A DNA stretch of 64,000 bases from Octopus sinensis (GCF_006345805.1 NC_043016.1:2976001-3040000); one strand, 5' to 3'; shown: positions 13,658 through 26,972, counted from the stretch's first letter. Translations and numbers: made by a program. Notes: a model not told the origin generated them from the sequence alone.

Positions 13658-14160
13658 ATTGGAAGTGTTATCATGTACATTGTTTTCTCTTGGTATAAAA
13701 GATGGCCACAGCAAATATTCTGCTCAATACCACAGATTTGCTTGTCAGTTGTTTGACCTTAACCAGTTGAGCATGTCCCTTAGTGGCTGACGATATGTGC
13801 ATCTCTGATCACGAGCAGAAGTAGTTGGGGAGCATCATAGCCATGTTTTGAGAGGGATTCTTTGGGGTTTGAATAATTCACCTCTGGAAACATGGGTGGT
13901 TCTTTCAACATCCTTAAACAACCCTTATTCAGGGACCGTTTGAGCAGGATGGGCTACTCAAAATGAAGAAAATTCTAACTGGGCCCCACCTGCAAGGTCA
14001 TGTGCTGTTTATCTTGATATGAGATCACCATGTCGCGCACATATGGTTGTGATGCATGTGCCTGGTGTACCTTTATCAGACGGGTGGTCATGATGGGTAT
14101 ATTGGGCTTCGTATATTTTACCCCAGTGTCACTTTGATGGCATGAACTGCTCTCTCACTC
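13658..14160 (+). mobile_element. About 500-bp retroposed element in (AAT)n, copy 1
   Basis: Near-identical to 14186-14734 and to the reverse complement of 53977-54490; ends CTCTCACTC(AAT)n. Confidence 0.85.
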
Positions 14161-14185
14161 AATAATAATAATAATAATAATAATA

Positions 14186-14734
14186 GATGCAGTACCAGGC
14201 AGTGGCTCTCATGGCTTCTGATCTTAACTGATTGGAAGTGTTATCATGTACATTGTTTTGTCTTGGTATAAAAGATGGGCTACATCAAATATTATGCTCA
14301 ATACCACAGATTTGCTTGTCAGTTGTTTGACCGTAACCAGTTGAGCATGTCCCTTAGTGGCTGACGATATGTGCATCTCTGATCACGAGCAGAAGTAGTG
14401 GGGGAGCATCATAGCCATGTGTTGAAAGGGATTCTTTGGGGTTTGAATAGTTCACCTCTGGAAACATGGGTGGTTCTTTCAACATCCTTAAACAACCCTT
14501 ATTCAAGGACCGTTTGAGCGGGATGGGCTACTCAACCTGAAGAAAATTCTAACTGGGCCCCACCTGCAAGGTCATGTGCTGTTTATCTTGATATGAGATC
14601 ACCATGTCGCGCACATATGGTTGTGATGCATGTGCCTGGTGTACCTTTATCAGACGGGTAGTCATGATGGGTATATTGGGCTTCGTATATTTTACCCCAG
14701 TGTCACTTTGATGGCATGAACTGCTCTCTCACTC
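14186..14734 (+). mobile_element. About 500-bp retroposed element in (AAT)n, copy 2
   Basis: As copy 1 but with a longer 5' end. Confidence 0.85.
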
Positions 14735-14760
14735 AATAATAATAATAATAATAATAATAA

Positions 14761-16051
14761 GTTACAGCTACAATATCCTTAACTGGACACGAAATGAACT
14801 GACCAAAATAGATAGGAAAACAAGAAAAATAATGACAGGATCTAGGATGCATCACCCAAAATCTGACATAGAAAGACTATATATACAACGTATAGAAGGT
14901 GGTAGAGGCCTTATACAGCTGGAAAACTACTATAAAATAACCACCATAGGACTGCAAAAATATCTACTTCAGAAGGAAGGAAAACTGATCCAGATAGCGG
15001 CAAAATACGAGCAAAACAAAAAACTGCTCTCAGTATTTAAGGAAGCTGACAAATACAAACAAAATCATACCACCTAATAAACATGAAGAAGAAGAAGAAG
15101 AAGAAGAAGAAGAAGAAGAAGAAGAAGAAAAGAAGAAGATGAAGAAACAACAAAAGCTATAAAACAAATGAAATCCAAACTAAAATAGAACAGCAACGAA
15201 CTATGATAAAACGATGGCAAGAAAAGCCCCTTCATGGTAAATACTGGACTAAACTAAACGCAATGAAATAGACAAAGAAAAATCCCAGCAATGGTTGAGA
15301 AGCTCAGGACTTAAAGCAGAAACAGAGGGATTTTAATTGCAGCACAAGAACAAAGCCCCCACCAGAAATTACCAAAAACATGTAATGAAAAGAAATATTA
15401 CAAGTAATTACAGAATATGTGGAGATGGACAAGAAACAATAAATCATATTATCTCTAGCTGCCCAGTCCTGGCTAAGAAGGAATATTCACAGACATGACA
15501 GAGTTGGAACCTACATACATTGGAAGCTATGCCAACATTATGGAATAACAAGAAAAAAGATGGTATAGGCACACACCAGAAAACGAGAAAGCAACCATAC
15601 TCTGGGATATGCCGATACACACAGATAGAGAAATTAAGGCCAACAGACCATATAGTTGTCAGAGATCATGAGAAAAAAAATGCTTTCTAATTGATGTATC
15701 AATACCGGCAGATGACAACGTGTCACTAAAAGAAATGGAGAAACTCTCAAATACAAAACCTGGAAATAGAGGTAACTAGAATGTGGAATCTGAAAACAGA
15801 AACAATTCCTATCATAGTAGGTGCATTAGGCATGATAAAAAAATATTCAGACAAATACATAACAAAAACACCAGGACTTACAAACACATATAACATACAG
15901 AAAATTGCACTACTAGGCACTGCACACATCCTACGCACAACACTTTCCATACAATAACCATCAGAGCATCACAACAATTCACAGCACATACCCAAGGCAC
16001 ACAGAGCTGCGCTCGGTAGTGAAGTGAAAGCACGCTATAAAAATAAAACTA

Positions 16052-16054
<3 letters not shown>
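14761..16054 (+). mobile_element. 5'-truncated R4/Dong-clade non-LTR retrotransposon (RLE endonuclease)
   Basis: Frameshifted translation SSGLKAETEGFLIAAQ, ETINHIISSCPVLAKKE, RHDRVG, ILWDMPIHTDREIKANRP, LIDVSIP, KEMEKLSKY, IPIIVGALG, QKIALLGTAHILR; flanked by (AAT)n on both sides. Confidence 0.9.
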
Positions 16055-16103
<49 letters not shown>

Positions 16104-16105
16104 TC

Positions 16106-16285
16106 AAACAAGGACAGACAAAGGGATTAAGTCGTTTACATCGACCCTAGTGCGTAACTGGTACTTGATTTATCGACCCCGAAAGGATGAAAGGCAGAGT
16201 CGACCTTGGTGGAATTTGAACACAGAACGTAACAGCAAACGAAATACGACTACGCATTTCGCCCGGGTTCTGCCAGCTTACCGCC
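16106..16285 (-). mobile_element. SINE family 1
   Basis: Matches 37099-37331. Confidence 0.85.
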
Positions 16286-17544
16286 TTCAATAATAATGAT
16301 AATATAGATAGTGATAGTCAGTTGATCAGTTGTGGTTAGTTCATCGCTGTAAAAAAAGAACAAAAAAAAATAAAAACGGAAACACGGTAAGACCAGCAAA
16401 AATATCGTCGTTATGCAAATGAGAGTATGTGACGCGGTCGCACGCACGCACGCACAAACATACACGCGTATGTATGTATGTATGTATGTTTGTATGTATG
16501 TATGTATGTATGTATGTATGTATGTTTGTATGTGTGTATGCATGTATGTATGTTTGTATGTATGTATGCATGCATGCATAGCGGATAAATACACACACCC
16601 ACAGAAGGATTGACTGCACAGAGGGATCGTGCTAGTAACTAGAAAACGGATGATTGCGAAAACCATGCCAAGAGACGAATGACTACGTACAATGTAAACA
16701 CGAATAGAAACGTAGATAACGTCGATATTTCTTTTTTAAATATATAAAAATATAATCATATGAAAATATGCAAATATATAAATAAACAAGAGCGACAAAA
16801 CGATTTAGGCAGACAGACCGAAATATAGACAGAGAGAGACATTTCCGTAGAAATTGGAATTTTGTATATAAAGGGGACACGAGAAGTAAAAAGCGACAGA
16901 GGTTGACAGATATATAACTTAACAGGCGACACCAATAACATTTCAATGATAAAAATTACTTTTTAAATAAGAACAGAAAAAAACAATATGGATGCTGTTT
17001 TGTTTTTGTTGGTGTATATAATGCTGTAGTTGTGACTTGTGTCATGCTTTTTTTGTAGCATTTATTGTTTTTGTAGCATTTATTGTGGGTTATTACTTGT
17101 TTTTAAATGGTTTTTTTGCGTATGTATCAATATTTTATTTAAATGTTTTGTTTCATTCGTCGATTCATCTTTTAAAAATATTTCTAGTTCTTTTATTTAT
17201 ATACAATTTTGATTTGGCTGCTGTAGTTTTGTCTCTCTCCTTATTGTCATCGTCATCGTTATATTGTTTTTGTCTTATTTCTTTGTTGTTATTGCTTTGT
17301 TATTATTTATTGTTCGTTGCACTTGGCTGCCATAGTAGTAGTGTCTACAGTTCAACGAGGAATAAATGGTTGGTAAATAAAAATATAAACATTTCCTTTT
17401 CAAACTACATCGTTTTTCTGACAAAAATACGCTAAGTATTTGACGGCAAGATTGGGAACATGAAAAAGTAAAAGAGGGAAAACAAAAACACGCAAACAAC
17501 TAGACAGAGAGAGAGAGAGATAGAGTTAGAGAGAGAGAGAGAGG

Positions 17545-17577
<33 letters not shown>

Positions 17578-17645
17578 GTGGGTGGGAAGAGAAAAGAAAA
17601 ACAGGAAGAGGATGGTGGGGTTTTGTGGTTAAGACTCCCGGAGAG

Positions 17646-17681
17646 ATGGCGAATAACGATTCTATCTATGTTGTTACTTCT
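17646..17681 (+). CDS. Possible first coding exon (MANNDSIYVVTS)
   Basis: GAGAGATGGCG start context followed in frame by donor GTGAGT at 17682; no downstream partner exon found. Confidence 0.25.
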
Positions 17682-17955
17682 GTGAGTTTTGGTAATTTGT
17701 GTAACAGGACATAAACATATATACACACATACAAATATATATAGACATAAACATATATACACATACAAATATATATACACATAAACATATATACACATAC
17801 AAATATAACTCACACAGGCATAACTCTCCCTCCTCTTCTGGCTGCATGCTGGTCTTCATCTACCGCTCCCTCCCTCTGTATACGTACATACACAAACGCA
17901 CACACACGTGTACTATGTATCACTCTATGTAAGCTGGTATATATGCATGTATGTA

Positions 17956-17999
<44 letters not shown>

Positions 18000-18121
18000 T
18001 GTGTGTGTGTGCATATAACGTTTAAAGAAGACACGGGATGGGAGAGACACAGATAGATATAAGGTGAGAAAGATAAGAGAATAATTTCAGTGGCACACAC
18101 AGGCGAATACACACGCACACG

Positions 18122-18165
<44 letters not shown>

Positions 18166-18448
18166 ACACACACACACACACACACATACACACAGAGAGG
18201 AACGTACAACGCAGAATGTAAAAATTGGCAGGAAATTGACAAATGCATAATACATGTACAACAATACATATACACCCAGAGAGATTCACATATGAGTGTA
18301 TAACTCAATATGTGCATACGTACATATTGAGTCATACACACGTTCACACAAGTATACACAAGATTGTTCGTATATATATACATAAATACATACAGAGACG
18401 CACACACACACACATGTATATACGTATATATATATAATATAAATATAC

Positions 18449-18501
<53 letters not shown>

Positions 18502-19479
18502 GAGAGAGAAGAAAGATAAATGAATATGCGTTTATGTGCTCTATGTATATGTTTGTGTAAGTGCTTAGAGACTTTTGAGGCATCAGGAAAAAAAAATGAA
18601 AGAATATTTGCAGCTGAGTAAATTCGAAATGCGAAAAAATATTCAGATGTATATATGTATGCGTGGGTGCGTGTGTACATGTACATAAATACACAAACAA
18701 AAATATATATCGACGATAAGATGCAGATATTTTAAGATGCTGAAGTAAACAAAGTAACAACAATAAAAACGGTATAAAAAGGAAATAAAGTTAACTCGAT
18801 CGAAAACTCTAAAGAAATTTACTAGAGTTATTTGTGTGTGGTATGACAAAAATAGCGGCAAATGGTTGGAATAATTGAAGGCAAATGATAATTGAAAAAT
18901 CTGATGTATTCTTGTAACGACTGGCTTTTTATTGCTATTTACATTTTTAATGTGATACTCGAAGACAGATTGTTTGGTTTGTTGTGTAAGAGGTCAACAA
19001 AACATCACCCTGCCAGATTACACTTAATTCACGTATGTTATGAGCAAAAAGGTTCAATTAAATGTCTGATGACTAGAAAACATTCACACATATTCACACA
19101 CGAAAAAGAAGAAAAAAATAACACACAAACAAACAAACAAATACTTGTGTATATGAGTAAGTATTGTGCTATGTGCAAGTATCTATATACGAGCGCGCGC
19201 GTGTGTACACGAGTGTGGAAATTCACCATTGTGCAATAGAAAAGAAATATTTCGATGCTAAATGCATAATGTCGAAATATACACGCGTCAGGAAATGAAA
19301 CTTCACATTAGTTGCTTTGAGTTATTATTCGTAATTCAGTCCGAAAATCAAAAGTGACTATTTCAATTTTCTATCCCAGACTGTATGCCTGTCTGCCTGT
19401 GGGTATGTATGTCTGTATGTGTATATATATATACGTGTGTGTATATAAATGAATGTATGTTTTATACGCGTAATTCTAT

Positions 19480-19532
19480 CTATCTATCTATCTTTCTACC
19501 TACCTATCTATCTGTCTGTCTATCTATCTATC

Positions 19533-19563
<31 letters not shown>

Positions 19564-19569
19564 CTATCA

Positions 19570-19640
<71 letters not shown>

Positions 19641-19641
19641 A

Positions 19642-19703
<62 letters not shown>

Positions 19704-19762
19704 GTATCTATCTATCTATCAATCTATCTATCTATCAATCAATCAATCTATCTATCTATCTA
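19480..19762. repeat. (TATC)n microsatellite
   Basis: Direct reading. Confidence 0.95.
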
Positions 19763-19856
19763 TACACGCAATACAAGACACACAGACATGTATATACAGG
19801 TATATACACATTCTCACACACACCTTTAACACGCCCCCCCCCCCATATATTTATCC

Positions 19857-19913
<57 letters not shown>

Positions 19914-20892
19914 GCACAATCAAACCTTAAGCAAGTATTTTATATTTCTGCATATAATGTATAGAAATACGACAGTTAAGTGTATTTTGCAATTTGGTTA
20001 TGTCCTTGCATCTTCATGATAGCATGTACTGACAAGGTTTGGAAATCTTTCTTGTTTCCATTTTTTCCCTCAACTATTGTGTTGTTTTAGAAAGGCTTTC
20101 CCTATTATATGTTTAGTGCGAGTGTTTATTTTCAAAGTGAATATTAATTTATAAATATATAAATGTATGTTAAAAAATATGAGCTACAATGATGCAAAAG
20201 AAGTCTGAAGAAAATAAATAACAAAAATAATACATTAACAGAAGACTCATAAATGTGAAATAAAGTATATTACATTTAAGCTTCATAATGGAAAAAATAT
20301 TTCTTTCCATCAAGAAAAATAAACAGATCAAAAGTTAAGTTCATTATATCTTCAAAATATTTATTGTTTGATGTCGTTGGCCCTTTTAAGAACAAGTTCT
20401 TGAAAATTTGGGTCGACAGATTTGGTTCATATTTTGAATCGCATAGTTAACGCTAAAAATACTTTCATTGATTTTTGGCTTTAAAGCATTGACCTCACAT
20501 TGTCACCCTATTTCTACGACAGTGATTCTCAGATGATCAATTTACTCCATAAATTCTTGGCCCTTTTCTCCACTCTGTCAGGTTACTGAGGTCAGCTGTC
20601 TTAATACTTCTTCTATCAACTGCCATTAATTTTGGTTTCTGGTCTCAAAAATAATTTAACCCTTTCTCGTCATTCTGTATTTGAATATGTTCAACTAAAG
20701 TAGAAACAATGTAATATAATTGATTGTGACTCGAACATAAACGAGTAACACATTGCTTCAGTGGTATTCAAATTAAATATTTTACTGTTATCTTAACTTA
20801 AGCATAGCGATATTAATATATTTATATTCGTGATATGCATTTTAGTTTTATTTATCAAACCTAGCATTAGTGAGTGTATTATTTTTTCTTAC

Positions 20893-20976
20893 CGCAGCAT
20901 TCACCTGCGCCTTGTAGTCATCCTGGAGTGGCCCTATAGTTTCGACGATTTCAAGCTTAAAACAATTCTTTTCCCC
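20893..20976 (-). CDS. Candidate internal exon, 84 nt (GEKNCFKLEIVETIGPLQDDYKAQVNAA), protein unidentified
   Basis: TTTATTGTAG acceptor, GTAAGA donor, only one open frame, GC-richer than flanks. Confidence 0.6.
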
Positions 20977-21085
20977 CTACAATAAAGGTATTTTTCTATT
21001 TGGCTGATTGTCAACTTTTATAATTTTTATTAATTGACTAATTTACTTCAGTGAAGAGATGCTATTATGCATTCATCTGGCTCAC

Positions 21086-21117
21086 AAACCAATCAGCCAT
21101 TTTTCCTCGAATGATAT
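21086..21117 (-). CDS. Candidate 32-nt exon (IIRGKMADWF) that splices in frame to 20893-20976
   Basis: TTGTAAG acceptor, GTGAGC donor, 109-nt intron, phase-0 end. Confidence 0.45.
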
Positions 21118-21839
21118 CTTACAATGTAGTATTGGAATCGACAAAAAAATTATTTGGGATTAGTGTTCCAACCAAAATAACAAACCACAAAATGTAATAT
21201 ATGGTGGAGGCTAGAATTGTTGCTTATGAACATAGACCAGCTTCATCAGAACTCACATAGAGGATATTCTTAATTTTAATGTAATACTTTCATTTTCTAA
21301 TGTATCCGCTATTTCTTGCTAAATTTCCCTTAATATTGATATTTGATTAAGAACATTTGCCAAGACAGGAGTTAACATGCTTAGTTAAAGTATCATAAAA
21401 GTATGAAGCAATAACTAGATTTATCGGTTGTGTATTGAATTGATATATGTAGATATTATTGTTATTTATTACTGACAAATATATATATATGTACTATATA
21501 CATTTCTAGCGACACACTGTCACTGATCTCGTAAAAGAGAGAGGTATCTTATATTAAATCTCTGAGCGAGATATAAACAGTAGCGGTACAGAATCGTAAT
21601 ATATATTTGCCAACTAAGTGTGGCGACCTATATAGGACAGTGCTACTGTTGTTTATAGCCTCTAGTAATTTGCGAGTGGAATGAGCTTTCATCACTAGCG
21701 AGTGATTAACACACACTGAGGATGGGTAACCACCCAGAAACTTGACTCCGTGTGTATCACGCAAGGATAGAGATGGGAGCGATGACTTTTCCTCGCATAT
21801 ACCAATCGTTCACAGACTGTGTGTCGTTAGCCAGCTGGA

Positions 21840-22030
21840 GGAGATGTCTTCCTGATGCTAACACACACACATATACGATGGACTTCTTTCAGTTTCCGTC
21901 CAGCATATCCACTCAGGAGGTTTTGGCCAATCAGAGGGTATAGTAAAAGACATTTTGCCCCACCTCTCACACAACTCTCAACCATGTGTTTGGGAGGGAA
22001 GCTCCTTCCCACACAGCTACGCCTGCACCT
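21840..22030 (-). mobile_element. Degenerate SINE family 2 (CORE-like)
   Basis: Matches the reverse complement of the 26565 head. Confidence 0.7.
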
Positions 22031-22438
22031 TAACCATACTACTATTATATATGCTTAAGCGAAATATTCATAATTGTTTTAAGAATCAGCTTAAGTAATA
22101 TGGTAGTAACTGATTCCAATACTGTACCCCAAATGAGGAATTATTCACGTAGTAGAAAAAAAGAGCAATCCTTTTATAGTTTATAATAATATCAATGACA
22201 ATGAGAATTTTGTGTGCAATTAATGTGGCACTAATGAAGAAATTCTCTGCACAGAGACTTGGCCACTGCATCCATATCTTGTACAATACCAGTTAGCATT
22301 GTTTAACTAATAAGAAATCTGTATCTATAACAATACAATCTCTACTGAATTAGGACAAACACTGTATGTATTATTTTAGGACAAACATAGTATTTGGCTA
22401 CAATAGATTAATCCCAAATGGAAACAGATGCTACATAC

Positions 22439-22576
22439 ATCCCACTTTGAACTATTTCATATCTCGATGTTGCAAGCAGACACAACTTTTTCTCTAATTG
22501 TAAACGTTGAAATTTGACAGGCAGGCGTGGTGAAGTGGACAAAGAGTAGCTCGAGGCAGTCGTTTCAACAGCTAGC
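22439..22576 (-). CDS. Candidate 138-nt exon (LAVETTASSYSLSTSPRLPVKFQRLQLEKKLCLLATSRYEIVQSG)
   Basis: TATTAG acceptor, GTATGT donor, one open frame, symmetric phase 2. Confidence 0.4.
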
Positions 22577-22701
22577 CTAATATTTATGTGTGTATATGTG
22601 TTCATGGAAAGAGACTCGAGCCTGCACACATATGCATATATTCACAGACAAAGATATATATATGCACACACATACACACACTTGCATACATATATCCATG
22701 T

Positions 22702-22734
<33 letters not shown>

Positions 22735-23049
22735 GCATGTACATACACGCACACACATATACATACATACGTACATATATATATATGCATAATATATTAA
22801 TATATATATATTATACACACACAAAATGAGAGAGACGGAAGATGAAAGATGCAAGAAACTTTATTTATTGATCAGTATAATCGTTTCAACGCATCTACCA
22901 TCGGGCCATCGCGGATAGGATATTGTAGAATTGGTTTAGATGCATCCCCCGGTGAACGTGCTTTACCAGCAAACTACCAGGTGTATACTATACGATTTAT
23001 TAGGAATTAAGTAAAAATGTGTGTGTATGTGTGTGTGTGTGTGTGTATA

Positions 23050-23376
23050 ATCTTTTATTCTTTTACCTGTTTCAGTCATTTCACTGCGGCCATGCTGGAG
23101 AACCGCCTTTAGTGGAACAAATTGACCTCAGGACTTATTCTTTGTAATCTTAGTACTTATTCTATTGGTCTCTTTTTGCCGAACCGCTATTTGACGGGGA
23201 CGTAAACGCACCAACATCGGTTGTCAAGCGATGGTAGAGAGACAAACACAGACACAAATAACAATGCATACAAACATATATATATACATACATATATGCA
23301 TACATATATACGATGGGCTTCTTTCAGTTTCCGTCTACCAAATCCACTCACAAGGCTTTGGTCGGCCCGAGGGTAT
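23050..23376 (-). mobile_element. SINE family 2, 5'-truncated
   Basis: Matches the reverse complement of 26690-26970. Confidence 0.85.
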
Positions 23377-23386
23377 AGTAATAGTG

Positions 23387-23465
<79 letters not shown>

Positions 23466-23678
23466 TAATAATAATAATATCAGGGTAATAAAGATTTTAG
23501 AAATTCTTACTACCAATCGCCTAGCGTATAGATAAAATACAGTGTACATTTAAACTTTAGCTGTTCATTGTAACGTAAAGGATTCCTATGATGGAAACCT
23601 CTTAATGTGTGTTAAATGTACACTATATTATATATAATATATATACATATAAGTATATATATTATGTATATATATATG

Positions 23679-23718
<40 letters not shown>

Positions 23719-23782
23719 CATATAAATATATATATATATGTATATATATATGTATATATATATATATAATATATTATATGTA

Positions 23783-23864
<82 letters not shown>

Positions 23865-23905
23865 ATGTATACCATGGGATTTATTATTATTATAAAATAT
23901 TTATT

Positions 23906-26185
23906 AGGTGCAGGTATGGTTGTGTGGTAAGTAGCTTGTTTACGTTTGTCCCCCTCTATGTTTAGCCCCTTGTGGGCAATAAAGAAATAAGTAGCTTCCT
24001 TACGCATGCGCGTTTGTCACTTGCTTATTGGATTGAACACTGTCAAAACGTGCTTTGGTGGTCGTCTTGATTTGAAGAACTGTTGAAGAGGCGTGACTGC
24101 AAGGTAGTCACCTATTTTTTTAAGGGACTTAGTGGGGAATTTGTTGTATGACATTGTTTTTCCTTTTTTCGTATAAGAAATCCCCACTGTGCCTCGAACA
24201 CTTGTCTGCTGCAGTGGCGCTGAATAACTCACTTAGCGGTGAGAATTGTATTGTTTTGGTGGATGTGTCTCGCTACCAAAATTTGTAAAAGTGTTTAAAA
24301 ATTAGACCCGTTCGTGGAGGAATTTTGTTGCTGCTACGCTGAACAGGAGTACCTGTTTAAAGTAATAATCTGGAGGATTACCTGAAGATCCGGATTGCCT
24401 AAGTGGCGGAATTGTGTTTCCGTGCTGGAACTATCTTCCTTCATTCTTTTCTCTGCTCTGTCTTTCTTTTCTTTCTTTGTGTTTCTTTGGACTTTTAGTT
24501 GAATATTTTGAAGTTTTTTTGAACATTTTCCTGTGTTTTTATTTTTTTGCAAAGCATGGCAAAAAATAAAAACACTGTCTTGGAGTGAGAAATTGCGCCC
24601 CCACCCCCACAAGCAGTGGGTAAAGGACCTTAATGAGAGAACGGTGGTGTTGAGAACATATTCCAAGTCCCTAGACACCATTACTGTATTCCCTCAAGTA
24701 GATATTGAGAAGGAGTTGGCAGAATACCTGCCAACCGTCAAGTTTATTGCAAGGGGCGTCAAATATGCAACAGTATGGTCACTATTTGATATCCCTGAGG
24801 AGGCTAGCATTTTTGCGAGCCAGTCCCTGGAAAGGGGGAAAATTCTGTTTCTGCTCACATATCTTGGGAGGAAATTGATAAGAGCTTGGGTGTGTGGACT
24901 GCCATCCGGAATAGAGCCCGAGTGGATAGAGGACACTATCCGCCGGGATCTGGGTGGCACCGGAGCCAAGCTCTTGAATGTTAGAATGATGCCTGCGGCT
25001 TATTGGGTGGGGTCAAAAGCAGTTTTGACCCTGTAGACCCAATCAACCGATGAACTGGTGTTCCAAGATTGTTTGAGGATGGCCGGGTCCAAGTATCCGG
25101 AGATTCTTGAGGGACGCCGCCCCAAATGTCATAGTGACTGGAGCCTGGCCATATTAAGAAAAACTGTCCCAAGGACCAGAACAGTGGCCTGGAGCAGTTA
25201 GTTTTGGAAGAAACCCCTCCCCCTTCTCCGGAAGGAGAGATGGAAGAAGAGAGAGTGACCTCCCCGACAAAAGGGGAGAAAAAGGAAGAAGGGGAGCAAC
25301 AATTGTTGCTCTCTGAGGGATCCCGGGGTTGCGGGAGGAAGCGAGGTTCCTGCAGTTATAGCGAAGGAGCCAATCCCTCCCGCACCAAAGAGAAAAAAGA
25401 AAAAGAGAAAAACGAATGGGACAGTGCCGGAGGTATGCAGTGTACTACCGGCATGTCCCGAGGCCTCTTCGGTGGGAATCGTGTCACCGACAGAGGAAAA
25501 TGTAACCTCGTCGGTTTTGCCACCGGCAGAGGAAGAGACACCGTTGGCGGGAATTGTGCCACCAACGGTAGAATTGACTACCTCGACCCCGGAGGAAGAC
25601 AAATTATTGATCTTCTTCTACAGAGGTGGAGAGGTAGAAAAGGTGGTGGAAAAATACTATAAGGGAATACCTTTAACTTTCATACGGGAACACGAATAGG
25701 CTGGAGTGACTCAAAGAGGAATATCGCTTGTGGCCGGGTGACGCCGACTCGGAGCCCGACTTGGTTTTAAGGGCACAAGAGGTTGAAAACCCTCAGTGTT
25801 ATAATGTTTAAGTGTGTAAGAGGCTCAGTGCCTCAATTTGTAAAAGGACTATTAAGTCCAATAATTGTAAAACGGAAGTAAGAGGTTCAATACCTCAGTT
25901 TTCTTTTTGTGTAAAAAAATAATGTTTTAGAGAAGCAAAAATTCGGTGGGCATTTTTTGTCTTCTTCCATTAATATCATTTTATTTCATAACTCATCTCA
26001 TCAAGCCCGCAAGCTACTCTGTATCATGCCTTTATGGCAAAATTTTTGGAAATAAAGTGGCTTGCTTATCAACAACATGGTTCCAGGTTCAATCCCACTG
26101 CGTGGGCAAGTGTCTTCTGCCATAGCCTCGGCCGACCAAAGTCTTGCGAGTGGATCGGGGAAGTGGAAGCTGAAAGAATCCCGGC

Positions 26186-26247
<62 letters not shown>

Positions 26248-26440
26248 TATATCTGTGTGCGTGTGTGTATATGTTTGTGTGTCTGTGTTTACGTCCCCGT
26301 AAATTAGCGGTTCGGGATAAGATACTGATAGGATAAGTACTAGGCTGACAAAAAATAAGTCCGGGGTCGAATTGTTCGTCTAAAAGGCGCTACTCCAGCA
26401 TGGGCGCAGTCCAATTAGTGAAACAAATAAAAGAAAGAAT
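23906..26440 (+). mobile_element. SINE family 2 split by nested insertions (head 23906-23943, body 26055-26440)
   Basis: Head GGTGCAGGTATGGTTGTGTGGTAAGTAGCTTG resumes at AAGTGGCTTGCTTATCAACAACATGGTTCC. Confidence 0.75.
24004..26054 (+). mobile_element. Tx1/L1-like element with ORF1 only (zinc knuckle), no ORF2
   Basis: Frameshifted ORF from about 24556 (KIKTLSWSEKLR...ERTVVLR...WVCGLPSGIEPEWI), then EGRRPKCHS and GHIKKNCP around 25110-25170, then an acidic/Pro-rich tail to about 25699; bounded by 15-bp imperfect repeats. Confidence 0.7.
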
Positions 26441-26564
26441 AAAGAAACAATAAGGAGGCATGTTAAAACTACTTGTTATTTGAACCTCTTGATACGTCAC
26501 GTCTTTTCTTATCACACTAGCATCTGTGAGTATAAACATTTAAAAGATTTAGATAAAAGATTTA

Positions 26565-26972
26565 GGCGCAGGAGTGGCTGTGTGGTAAGTAGCTTGCTAA
26601 CCAACCACGTGGTTCCGGGTTCAGTTCCACTGCGTGGCACCTTGGGCAAGTGTCTTCTGCTATAGCCCCAGGCCGACCAAAGCCTTGTGAGTGGATTTGG
26701 TAGACGGAAACTGAAAGAAGCCTGTCGTATATATGTATATATATATATATGTATGTGTGTGTTTGTGTGTCTGTGTATGCCCCCCTAGCATTGCTTGACA
26801 ACCGATGCTGGTGTGTTTATGTCCCCGTCACTTAGCGGTTCGGCAAAAGAGACGGATAGAATAAGTACTGGGCTTACAAAGAATAAGTGCCGGGGTCGAT
26901 CTGCTCGACCAAAGGCGGTGCTCCAGCATGGCCGCAGTCAAATGACTGAAACAAGTAAAAGAGTAAAAGAGC
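26565..26972 (+). mobile_element. Full-length SINE family 2 (tRNA head, CORE-like TGCGTGGCACCTTGGGCAAGTGTCTT, internal microsatellite)
   Basis: A-box-like TGGCTGTGTGG, B-box-like GGGTTCAGTTCC, tail AAAAGAGTAAAAGAG. Confidence 0.9.
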
